Positions 1-8,315 of a DNA stretch of 64,000 nt are shown here, piece by piece. Every line of letters begins with the position of its first letter. Positions within the stretch are counted from its first letter, which is position 1. The stretch is taken from positions 14,729-78,728 of the IMG/VR virus record IMGVR_UViG_3300042503_000110; one strand, written 5' to 3'. Both the position numbers and the translations under genes were made by a program. The notes under the pieces are model-generated. The model made no database searches. It had not been told where the DNA came from and saw nothing but the letters and a program-made list of their open reading frames with translations. This DNA comes from a virus.

Positions 1-1
1 A

Positions 2-535
2 AATGATGTTACCAACCTATTTGATGACACCATGACTGTTGCTTACAAAGTAGCAGGTAAATGGGTATTTCATCAATGGCAAGCTACTACCGATCCTGGA
101 ACAAAAGGTGTTATGCAGTTCCATAACCCTGGCGGAGTAGCGCGTCTAGTTGCTGGTCAATATCGTGGAAGCCACGCTATTGGGTTGCACCAAGGAAAGT
201 ATGAAGCGTTGAAACAAAAAGCAAACGTAAAAGTTTACCGTGACGCTAACAAAGACATGACTTATGATGAGTCTAAAATCACTGAAGGTGTGTATGGTAT
301 TAACATCCACAAAGCAGGTGCAGATTCTACATTTGTAGAGAACTGGTCTGAAGGATGTCAAGTATTCAAACGTGAAAAAGATTTTAACCAATTTATGGAA
401 ATCATGCGCCAAGCACGTGGTGTCCATGGTAACTCTTTCACTTACACTTTGATTGAGTCTGGGGACTTTCTTGCCGCAGACAAAGCAGCTGGAGAAGCAA
501 AGAAAGCAGCAAAAGCAGCTAAGGCAAAAAAATAA
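2..535 (+). CDS. L,D-transpeptidase (YkuD)-like peptidoglycan enzyme, probable endolysin; 5'-truncated by window edge
   Basis: Frame is open from position 2 (NDVTNLFDDTM...). GINIH-x12-SEGCQVF resembles the His/Cys YkuD catalytic motif. Ala/Lys-rich C-terminal tail. Confidence 0.65.
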   Translation, partial: NDVTNLFDDTMTVAYKVAGKWVFHQWQATTDPGTKGVMQFHNPGGVARLVAGQYRGSHAIGLHQGKYEALKQKANVKVYRDANKDMTYDESKITEGVYGINIHKAGADSTFVENWSEGCQVFKREKDFNQFMEIMRQARGVHGNSFTYTLIESGDFLAADKAAGEAKKAAKAAKAKK

Positions 536-994
536 ATGAAAAATTGGAAGGCCCTTTGTAGTCTTCTTTTCTTAGTCAACTCCTGCTTTTGTCAAACATT
601 GTCAAAGGCAGGGGATGGCTGGGACTTAAAAATTGATTCGGCAATCAACCTAATTAAAAACTATGACATTGATAAGTACATAGTTTTTACTGAAGTCTGT
701 GAGCGGATTGATTTTTGGAACAGTTCTTTTTCTTCCACAGGTATAGTTGAAGGTCGCTATACCATACTTGTAGCAGATGCAGACATTAAGTTAAATTCAA
801 TTAACAACTTAGCCTGCGTCTTAGTTCACGAAAGCCAGCATCTTTTCTACGCAAAAGAAGGCATTGTTTTAAGTGAAGCGGAAGAAGAATATAAATGCTA
901 CATGTACGAGTTGTCCTTCATCAAAAACATTCCAACCCCTGAGCCATGGTTACTGGCAAATCTTTATGAAAAACTGCAAAAATATAGACAATGA
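536..994 (+). CDS. Secreted zincin-like metallopeptidase
   Basis: N-terminal signal peptide (CFC|QT); HESQH (HExxH) at 827-841 with downstream Glu (EEEYKCY). Confidence 0.6.
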   Translation: MKNWKALCSLLFLVNSCFCQTLSKAGDGWDLKIDSAINLIKNYDIDKYIVFTEVCERIDFWNSSFSSTGIVEGRYTILVADADIKLNSINNLACVLVHESQHLFYAKEGIVLSEAEEEYKCYMYELSFIKNIPTPEPWLLANLYEKLQKYRQ

Positions 995-2880
995 AAAAAC
1001 TAATTCTATTTGTAGTCGGGGTAATAACCTTGGCTACTAACCTATTTGCACAAAGTGCAAACACTTCTCCAGGTACGGGCCATTGGGTTGTTATTGACTC
1101 AGGCTATCAAGTAGCTACAACTACTGTAGGACAAACAGTAGCTCCACTTCATTTTTACAACACTTCTACTTCTGAAAAGATCACAGGTATGCAGTTTCGT
1201 GTATTCTACGACAACACTGCATTTACTGCTGTAGTGCCTTCCTTAAAGATCTCTACTTCAGACCAATACCTTCAGTATGTAGATAGTAACGCACAGGGAT
1301 TCTTAACTGTAACTTTAGCGTACACAGGTTCTAGTGCTAGTTTTAACTATTCTAACGGAGCAACTTTTGACCTGACTTTCACTCATGCTAGTAGTGCTAT
1401 TTGGAACAACTTAGATTCTATTAAGACTATGAAAGTTGCAGGTGTTAAATCATTTGCAAACAAAGCTGCTACTAACTGGGGTAACGACACTACTTTGGTA
1501 GTTTACTCTTACGGAGGTCGTTTCAATCAGAAAGTTTTAAGATTCGCTGCTAAGTTCAAAAACGTTACAGGCTCTGATGCTAAGAGTTTGTGGGTGTCTT
1601 TAGAAAAGAAAGCACCAACTGGGTCTTGGACTCAAGTAGATGCTAAGGCAACTAACTCTGTAGGACATGTTGTGTTTAGAGAATTTTTAGATACTACATA
1701 TTGGGATGTCCGCATGGTTGTTAAAGGAGACACAATGACTCCAGGTAACGTATTCTCTACTGCGGATGCACAGAAGATTAACCAATCTATACTAGGTCAA
1801 TACACTCCCTCAGGCTTTGATTACTACACAATGGATGTAAATGGAACTACTGGAGACATTAATATTGCTGACGTATACTCTGTGTATGGAAGATTAGCTG
1901 GTAGATTTACTTCTTGGCCTAACTCTAAGAAAGACGTAATGTTCTTTACTGTCGCTGAGTACAACGCAATCAACGGGGCTACATCTAACTTAACTTCAAC
2001 TTATGCTACTGTAAATAACTTTAATTACACTATTGACGGTAGAGACTCCATTACCTATTACGTAGCAGTAAAAGGAGACGCAAACTCTACAGGATTTAAG
2101 ATGGCTCGTTTGACTCCTATTAAAATTGTCAACCAAGCAAATGCTAAGAAATACATTATTGACCAAACAGTATCTTATGACAATCCTACTTTAGATAAAG
2201 TAGAAATCAACATGCCGAAAATTACCGTGGAGAGTGGAAACTTAGTAAACGTACCAGTTAAAGTTCTTACAAACGGAAAATCTTTGGGCGCTCTTCAGTT
2301 AGATCTTAAATACGACACATCTTACTTAGAGTTTAAGAACATTGAAATGACTGAAAAATTAATGAAGTGGACTGCATACACTAATCCTTCAGGAGGAATT
2401 GTTTCCTGGGGAGGAGCAGACTTAACTAACACTAATCTATTGGTTGATGGAGAACAAGCATTTACCTTACAGTTTATTGCTAAAAAACCACAAGACTCTT
2501 GGGCAACCGCAGCTATCTGGACATCTGAAAAATACGTAGGTGATGACAAAGCAAAAGACATGGTAATCACTCCTACTATGGGTATCGTAGAGGTGCGTAG
2601 AAAAGGCACAGTAGCAATGAAAGATATTTCATCTATGCTGGCGTTTCCTAATCCTACAGTAGATTACGTAGAGATTCATTTTAAAGTAGAAGAAGAAAGC
2701 CAAGTTGATTTATCTCTGTACAACGAAGTAGGTCAATTAATTGAAACTATCTTACATACAAAAATGCCTAAAGGGTCATACCAATACACTACAAATCTAG
2801 AAAGATTATCTAATGGAACTTACATTTTGGTACTAAGAACAAACAAACAGTTACTAAATTCTAAACTATTAATTATATAA
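991..2880 (+). CDS. Secreted cohesin / dockerin-like protein with type IX secretion (T9SS type A) C-terminal domain
   Basis: Signal peptide LFA|QS; two cohesin-like domains (ITGMQFRVFYD; VNVPVKV..LGALQLDLKYD); Ca-loop DVNGTTGDINIAD; C-terminal FPNP...LSNGTYIL...SKLLII typical of a T9SS CTD. Confidence 0.8.
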   Translation: MKKLILFVVGVITLATNLFAQSANTSPGTGHWVVIDSGYQVATTTVGQTVAPLHFYNTSTSEKITGMQFRVFYDNTAFTAVVPSLKISTSDQYLQYVDSNAQGFLTVTLAYTGSSASFNYSNGATFDLTFTHASSAIWNNLDSIKTMKVAGVKSFANKAATNWGNDTTLVVYSYGGRFNQKVLRFAAKFKNVTGSDAKSLWVSLEKKAPTGSWTQVDAKATNSVGHVVFREFLDTTYWDVRMVVKGDTMTPGNVFSTADAQKINQSILGQYTPSGFDYYTMDVNGTTGDINIADVYSVYGRLAGRFTSWPNSKKDVMFFTVAEYNAINGATSNLTSTYATVNNFNYTIDGRDSITYYVAVKGDANSTGFKMARLTPIKIVNQANAKKYIIDQTVSYDNPTLDKVEINMPKITVESGNLVNVPVKVLTNGKSLGALQLDLKYDTSYLEFKNIEMTEKLMKWTAYTNPSGGIVSWGGADLTNTNLLVDGEQAFTLQFIAKKPQDSWATAAIWTSEKYVGDDKAKDMVITPTMGIVEVRRKGTVAMKDISSMLAFPNPTVDYVEIHFKVEEESQVDLSLYNEVGQLIETILHTKMPKGSYQYTTNLERLSNGTYILVLRTNKQLLNSKLLII

Positions 2881-2884
2881 AACT

Positions 2885-3235
2885 ATGAGTTTAAAGAACA
2901 AACTTGGCTTCGGCCAAGCAGAACCCGTAGCAGTCGAGCCTAACAATAGGTTTTATTACATGCTACAACAGATGCAAGCTAATCGTTGGAGAATTACTGC
3001 CATCGTATTAGGTTTATTTTTCTTCATTATTGTTGGGATTAACTCAGCAGTATTCTTTGGAGTCGAGATTCAAGAATCTTGGAAAGAAATGTTACTTATC
3101 CTTTTTGGAGCCTTTGTAGGTAATTTGAACAAAGTAGTAGACTACTGGTTTAATTCAGAAGACCGCGACAAAATGCTTATTCAAAAAGTAGATGAGGAGG
3201 ATGGAGTATCTTTGTCTAACACAACTAACTCTTAA
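2885..3235 (+). CDS. Two-TM membrane protein (holin-like DYWF tail)
   Basis: Hydrophobic segments ITAIVLGLFFFIIVGI and MLLILFGAFVGNL followed by VVDYWFNS. Confidence 0.55.
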   Translation: MSLKNKLGFGQAEPVAVEPNNRFYYMLQQMQANRWRITAIVLGLFFFIIVGINSAVFFGVEIQESWKEMLLILFGAFVGNLNKVVDYWFNSEDRDKMLIQKVDEEDGVSLSNTTNS

Positions 3236-3239
3236 TATT

Positions 3240-3560
3240 ATGTCAGAAGAACAAGAAGGCGGAATGTCTGGAGTAAAGAAAGCTATTATCGGAGCCATCA
3301 CCACCGCAGTTACTGCAGGTGGTGCTTGGTTCGCTACTACTTTAGGTGGTGGAGAAGAGAAAGATAATACTCCAACAGCTGTAACAGCGCCCGCACCCGT
3401 AATCAACATTACTAACAGTAATGAGAATCAACAGAAGCAACAAAATAATGGCGGTGGCAACACTGTAATTATTAAGGAAAAAACAGTTCCTGCTCCTGCT
3501 CCTACCCCTGCGACTGCACCAGCTTCTAAACCTCCAGCAGATGAAGAAGATCCTTGGTAG
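3240..3560 (+). CDS. Single-TM anchored protein with Pro/Thr/Asn-rich extended tail
   Basis: ATG at 3240, 4 nt after the upstream stop, is preferred over 3192; AIIGAITTAVTAGGAWF TM; PAPAPTPATAP linker ending DEEDPW. Confidence 0.6.
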   Translation: MSEEQEGGMSGVKKAIIGAITTAVTAGGAWFATTLGGGEEKDNTPTAVTAPAPVINITNSNENQQKQQNNGGGNTVIIKEKTVPAPAPTPATAPASKPPADEEDPW

Positions 3561-4230
3561 CCTATTGATTGTAATCCTTGTCTATGGTTGTGGTTCTATG
3601 AAGACCACAACCGAGGATGAGGTTATTGAGAAAGCAGACATCTCTACTGTCTCTAACTATACGGACTCTATCAAGAGAACCGTACAAGTTATTAGTATGG
3701 ACATGACTAAAGTATTGGCTATGTATCCAGACTTGCAAGAGAAGAACGTAGGGTTAGGTTTTGCGGAATCCGTATTAGATTATTTAGATGAGACAAATCG
3801 TTTTGTATTTACTGAGGAAAAGGGTGAAATCAAGGAAAGGATGGTAACTCAGTTCAAAGCCTCTAAAAAAGGAGTCTTTGAAGAACCCATTGATGGCAAA
3901 GGAAAGATCAAAGCAGCACAATACTTTGTGTATGTGACTGTGGCAGATTTTGCCGTAGATGAAGACGAAACTGTAGAAGGAGCTAAAGCTAAAGTAGTTG
4001 TTACTACTTTTATCCGTTTACAAGTTCGTTTTGTAGATGCAAAAACAGGACAAATCTTTATTGGCTCAGGAGAAGGAGAGTCCACTAAAACTGGAGAATC
4101 TTTTCTTAAGTCGCTAGACGGAATGAAATTTTCTCAAAGCACAGTAGGTAAGGCTACACGTAAATCACTAGAAACTGCTACAACTAAAGTGATTGAAAAC
4201 CTTATCAAGAACGGTGTCTTTAAGAGTTAA
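3541..4230 (+). CDS. CsgG/HfaB-like (curli-secretion channel family) lipoprotein
   Basis: Lipobox LVYG|C; pattern NRFVFTE...AAQYFVYVTVADF...IRLQVRFVDAKTGQI typical of the CsgG/TolB-N-like superfamily. Confidence 0.7.
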   Translation: MKKILGSLLIVILVYGCGSMKTTTEDEVIEKADISTVSNYTDSIKRTVQVISMDMTKVLAMYPDLQEKNVGLGFAESVLDYLDETNRFVFTEEKGEIKERMVTQFKASKKGVFEEPIDGKGKIKAAQYFVYVTVADFAVDEDETVEGAKAKVVVTTFIRLQVRFVDAKTGQIFIGSGEGESTKTGESFLKSLDGMKFSQSTVGKATRKSLETATTKVIENLIKNGVFKS

Positions 4231-5575
4231 CATATTAATCTTGTTTATGTGTATAGGACTGAGTTTAAACGCTCAGTCCTTTACATATTCGTACACAGAC
4301 CCGTGTACAAAAGAGCTAAAGTTTATATTCGCAGATATGAACTCTCCTATAGTGATTAGTTACTATGGGCAAGTCAGAAGTTTTAATTACGCAGAACTTC
4401 AGGATGGTACATTTGACAATTGGTTAAATAGTACCTACTTGAATTTTCGAAACGCTAAACCCTGCGAAGGAGTATTTTCAACAACTACAACCACTACCTC
4501 AACTAATACAGTAACATCTTTAGTTAGTAGTGTGATGAATTTAAACTCAATATCTAGTTTAGATTTATCCTCAACTTCTATGGGATCTAGTACCTCTATA
4601 GGAAGTACAACATCTTCAGGAACAACAAGTACAGACAGTAAAAATGAAAGTTCGAACGACAAGCCCAGTAGCAATGGAGATAATAATTCTACTGGTAATT
4701 CTGGGGATAACTCTGGTCAAGGTGGCGAATCATCTGGACAAGGGTCCAATACGTCGCAAGGACAAGTAAGTGTTGGGAGCAAATCTAAGGGAGGCTCTGG
4801 CGGAAGTGGTGGAAGTGGCGGAGAGGGCGAAACTCCAGCCGAAGAAAAAACCCCTGAAAAAATTGAAGAACAAAAGTCCGAAACCCAACAAGCAGGCGGA
4901 AGTGCGTCTGCAAAGTCAGCAGCAAAAGGTAAAGTAGAAACACAGAAACCAGCTATCCTAGTTACAGGAGACATTGTAGGTGTTCAGACAGTTAAAGACC
5001 AAGCACAAGACGCGCGTGGTACTATGTCTTTTACTCGTGTTAAAGGAGATGGCACAGCTTCAATTGGATTGTCTGCTGACTATATGGTTAATGCAAAGAT
5101 TGGAAACTTTAACGGTATGCGATCTTGGATGGGCGTTAACAAAAAAGGACACAAGCACATTAACGTATTATCTGCGGGAATTAACTTAATGCCTAGGTCT
5201 TACAACGGCTCATTGCTTTTTGTAAGAGTAAACTCGCTTAAAAACTTTACAGCTCTGTACGGAGCAGCCGCTTCTTACGGAGAGTTATTTAAAGAAGAAG
5301 TAATCTCTACTCTTCTTATAGGAGGTTTTATGTACAAAGGACAACTAACTAAACATATTGACGCTACCATTATCGCAGCTAGTGTGTACGCACCATACAC
5401 AAAATACTACACTGAGAGTTTGTTTGAGTCTCAGCCTATTATAGTTCCGTTCCTAAACATTAACTATTCTATAACTAAGACTTTTAAATTTGGCTTAACC
5501 GCAGGAGGTACGTATATCGCAAACCAGGATATAGTAAACTATCAAGTCTTAATGGGAGGTAAACTAAAGATATGA
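4193..5575 (+). CDS. Outer-membrane beta-barrel protein with long S/T/G-rich linker
   Basis: Signal LNA|QS; low-complexity linker about 4480-4930; alternating amphipathic strands ending YQVLMGGKLKI; start codon uncertain (TTG 4193 or GTG 4214). Confidence 0.6.
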   Translation: MKTLSRTVSLRVNILILFMCIGLSLNAQSFTYSYTDPCTKELKFIFADMNSPIVISYYGQVRSFNYAELQDGTFDNWLNSTYLNFRNAKPCEGVFSTTTTTTSTNTVTSLVSSVMNLNSISSLDLSSTSMGSSTSIGSTTSSGTTSTDSKNESSNDKPSSNGDNNSTGNSGDNSGQGGESSGQGSNTSQGQVSVGSKSKGGSGGSGGSGGEGETPAEEKTPEKIEEQKSETQQAGGSASAKSAAKGKVETQKPAILVTGDIVGVQTVKDQAQDARGTMSFTRVKGDGTASIGLSADYMVNAKIGNFNGMRSWMGVNKKGHKHINVLSAGINLMPRSYNGSLLFVRVNSLKNFTALYGAAASYGELFKEEVISTLLIGGFMYKGQLTKHIDATIIAASVYAPYTKYYTESLFESQPIIVPFLNINYSITKTFKFGLTAGGTYIANQDIVNYQVLMGGKLKI

Positions 5576-6555
5576 GATGGCTGATTGTTCTTTTTTTATT
5601 CTCGTCTCCTCTAATAGCACAATTTACCTATTCGGGATATCTCTATAATGCGAATGGTTCTGGCGCAGCTAACGTGGCTGTTAAACTGTACAGAAGAACA
5701 AACTCAACCATTGCAGGATTTACTAACCAACAAAATTATAATGGACACTCTTACTATCGTTCTACTGGAAGTGCTACTTGGACTACTGCTAGGTCTAACT
5801 GTGTAGCTATGGGTGGACACTTAGTAACCATTACAACTTCAGGTGAACAATCATTTATATTTAATATATGGCCTTCAGGATGGATAGGACTAACAGATGA
5901 AGTCAGTGAAGGTACTTGGAGATGGGTAACAGGAGAAACTTATTCTTATACTAACTGGAACTCTGGAGAACCAAACAATGCAGGTAATGAAGACTACGTA
6001 CAGTTTGTATCTAATGGAAGGTGGAATGACTTACCTAACAACTACAATCTTCCTTATGTACTAGAGTTTGAATATTTAGTTACAACTTCTTCTTGGACTC
6101 TCTATAAAACAATCTATACTAACTCTTCAGGTTATTATTCTATTTCAGAAGCCTACGATCCATCAAAGGAATACTATATTCAGATAGATGCGCCTACCAG
6201 AGTTCAAGCCTACACCAATGCAGACATACAAAACATTTCTAATATTATCTTAGGTAAGACTACAATTAACGGTCTTACCTATCATAGATTTGATCTTAAT
6301 GACGACGGGCGAATAAACATAGCTGACAAGTATTATCTATCTGGTAGAAAGGCAGGAAGATTTAATCGGTGGAAAACTGCACCTGATGTAAGAATCTTCA
6401 CACTTGCTCAGTATAATGCTATAGTCGCATCTAAAGTAAATGTGCGCACAACTTACCCTGGAGTAGCTACATTTACAACCTCAACACTTACTACAGGAGG
6501 AACACTAAACTTATATCTTATTGCTCCAGGGTACTCAGGACAAGTAACTTATTAA
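5572..6555 (+). CDS. Secreted C-type lectin with dockerin-like domain
   Basis: Signal LIA|QF; WIGL, EPN (5968-5976) and WND (6022-6030) CTL motifs; DLNDDGRINIAD Ca-loop; paralogous to the middle part of 991..2880. Confidence 0.8.
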   Translation: MRWLIVLFLFSSPLIAQFTYSGYLYNANGSGAANVAVKLYRRTNSTIAGFTNQQNYNGHSYYRSTGSATWTTARSNCVAMGGHLVTITTSGEQSFIFNIWPSGWIGLTDEVSEGTWRWVTGETYSYTNWNSGEPNNAGNEDYVQFVSNGRWNDLPNNYNLPYVLEFEYLVTTSSWTLYKTIYTNSSGYYSISEAYDPSKEYYIQIDAPTRVQAYTNADIQNISNIILGKTTINGLTYHRFDLNDDGRINIADKYYLSGRKAGRFNRWKTAPDVRIFTLAQYNAIVASKVNVRTTYPGVATFTTSTLTTGGTLNLYLIAPGYSGQVTY

Positions 6556-6557
6556 CC

Positions 6558-6998
6558 ATGAAAAAACTAATTATAATTCTCACAGCTGCTATTACAGCAT
6601 CGTTAAGCGGTCAATGTTACAAAATTGACACAGTTAGAAATCACACACAGATGAAGGAACTTGCAGGGAGACCTGTAGATTTTGGAATTGTAACAACAGC
6701 CGAACAATTAATTGCAGATAAGTATAGTATTTGTGACACAGGCATTAAGGTAGACTTAGCACTAAACACTATTGGTATTCCAGAAAGAATAATTAACATT
6801 GCAGGAATCCAGTTACTAAAAAGAGACTATATAGTAAATATGTCCATTACTGCTAATAACATTACACATTATTCTAGGCACATTAAGACAGTTTACGTAA
6901 ATGCAATGTTCTTAACTGTAGAGCAAATTCCTCACAATAAAAAAGCCTATTCAAAAGCAGTTGAGAAGTGTTTAATAGATTTAGTTAAGAAGTTATAG
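6558..6998 (+). CDS. Secreted hypothetical protein, last gene of the surface operon
   Basis: Signal peptide LSG|QC; starts 2 nt after the upstream stop. Confidence 0.6.
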   Translation: MKKLIIILTAAITASLSGQCYKIDTVRNHTQMKELAGRPVDFGIVTTAEQLIADKYSICDTGIKVDLALNTIGIPERIINIAGIQLLKRDYIVNMSITANNITHYSRHIKTVYVNAMFLTVEQIPHNKKAYSKAVEKCLIDLVKKL

Positions 6999-7066
6999 TG
7001 GGAATCTTTATCTTAACTTTCTATGTTAATTATGAAAAATTAACTTGATGAGTTATAACTTTTAAC

Positions 7067-7096
7067 TTGACTTTTTTTGGTTGTATATTATCTTTG
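7067..7096 (+). promoter_or_regulatory. Bacteroidota sigma70-type promoter (-33 TTG, -7 TATCTTTG)
   Basis: TTG 7067-7069, 19-nt spacer, TATCTTTG 7089-7096, upstream of ATG 7111. Confidence 0.75.
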
Positions 7097-7110
7097 TTTA
7101 AAACCAACCA

Positions 7111-7503
7111 ATGAAAGTAGCAAGAAAATACGAATCGGGCGTGCAACTTCATCAAGCATACATAGATATTTTACTACGTCTGGCAGGACATAGATTGTCA
7201 GATTTGTACACTAGTATTCTAGCGCACAGCTCTTATTATGGCACAATTAACAAAGAGATTAAAGACTCTATTGCAGAAAGAAATCAGACTTCTGCGCAGG
7301 TTATCTCTAACGCAATCACTCGGTTACGTAAATTAGGGCTGTTAGAAAAGAATATAATAAACAAGAAACTTTCTCCTATAGCTAGAGATAATGCTTCTAT
7401 TACTTTGTTATTGTCTTTGAAGGAATTGGCCCCCGTAGTATTGAATACAACATCTCCTGAATCTAATATAACATCTAATGTTAAGTTCGAAACGGCACAC
7501 TAA
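7111..7503 (+). CDS. Winged-helix/HTH DNA-binding protein
   Basis: IAERNQTSAQVISNAITRLRKLGLL helix-turn-helix pattern. Confidence 0.55.
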   Translation: MKVARKYESGVQLHQAYIDILLRLAGHRLSDLYTSILAHSSYYGTINKEIKDSIAERNQTSAQVISNAITRLRKLGLLEKNIINKKLSPIARDNASITLLLSLKELAPVVLNTTSPESNITSNVKFETAH

Positions 7504-8035
7504 CGAAATCAAATTCAACACGCATGGATTCTTTTCTTCTGTAGCTAGAAAGACAGGATATAGTGTGTCAGATGTTAATACTGTTTATACTTGGTACATA
7601 AACAAAAGTTTAGAAGAGGCGCAGAATACTCCTGCATGTAAGGTAAAATTAAAAGGATTAGGTGCTATGAAGTTTAGTCCTGGTCTTTCTATTCGTAATC
7701 TCACAGGTTTTATTGCTGGACTAGAGACAGCAGTCAATGAGTTTTTAGATCCTGAGTTAGAACCTAAGGTTGCGTACAGTATTATAGTTGCCAAACATAA
7801 GGTTCTTTTAAATGCCCTTTATTCTTTTAGAGAAAGAATAACGAAACTTAAAGACACAGGTTTTGTGAACGAAACGTATCACATAAACAAAATGACTCGA
7901 TCAGAACAACTGGAAAACCAACTAAACCAAATATATGAATCTATTCAAAGAATACCTGAGTATCAGCAAAAAAGGACTTCAGAACGCGGACAAGATTTTA
8001 CATGGACTGACGAACAAGGTAGCAAACCGTTTTAG
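7478..8035 (+). CDS. HU/IHF-like N-terminal domain protein
   Basis: VARKTGYSVSDVNTV...KVKLKGLGAMKF resembles HU/IHF. Confidence 0.45.
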   Translation: MLSSKRHTNEIKFNTHGFFSSVARKTGYSVSDVNTVYTWYINKSLEEAQNTPACKVKLKGLGAMKFSPGLSIRNLTGFIAGLETAVNEFLDPELEPKVAYSIIVAKHKVLLNALYSFRERITKLKDTGFVNETYHINKMTRSEQLENQLNQIYESIQRIPEYQQKRTSERGQDFTWTDEQGSKPF

Positions 8036-8315
8036 ACTATTAAGCAATGAGAAGAAAGAAGTTATATCTTCCCGAATGGACATTTGCCTTGGATGCCCTT
8101 ACAATTCTATCAATGCTAGAATATCCGAGGAATATGAACAACTCACTGGAAAGCACTACGACACGTCCAGACCTGAGCTACACTGTTCGCTATGTGGCTG
8201 CATCCTCGAAATTAAAACGTCTTCCCTATCTTCGGATTGTGGTATCGTAGACTGGAACGAAGATAATCCAGATAAAAAACTAAACCCTAAATGGACTCAA
8301 TATGAACAAAACTAA
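7935..8315 (+). CDS. Cys-rich zinc-finger protein
   Basis: RMDICLGC...CSLCGC...C..KW. Confidence 0.6.
   Translation: MNLFKEYLSISKKGLQNADKILHGLTNKVANRFRLLSNEKKEVISSRMDICLGCPYNSINARISEEYEQLTGKHYDTSRPELHCSLCGCILEIKTSSLSSDCGIVDWNEDNPDKKLNPKWTQYEQN

Noticed and set aside
3541-4230. Complete curli (csgBAC/DEFG) system
   Set aside because: No curlin-repeat subunit or recognisable CsgE/F; only a CsgG-like protein, so no gene symbol assigned
5572-6555. Diversity-generating retroelement target (CTL fold)
   Set aside because: No reverse transcriptase or template/variable repeat pair seen in the window; the CTL is internal and has canonical EPN/WND
536-6998. Host chromosomal DNA flanking a prophage, or a chimeric join
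   Set aside because: Same strand, similar codon style and tight packing as the phage genes; directly coupled to a phage-type lysin-like gene; no integrase, att site or housekeeping genes. Not fully excluded without read data.
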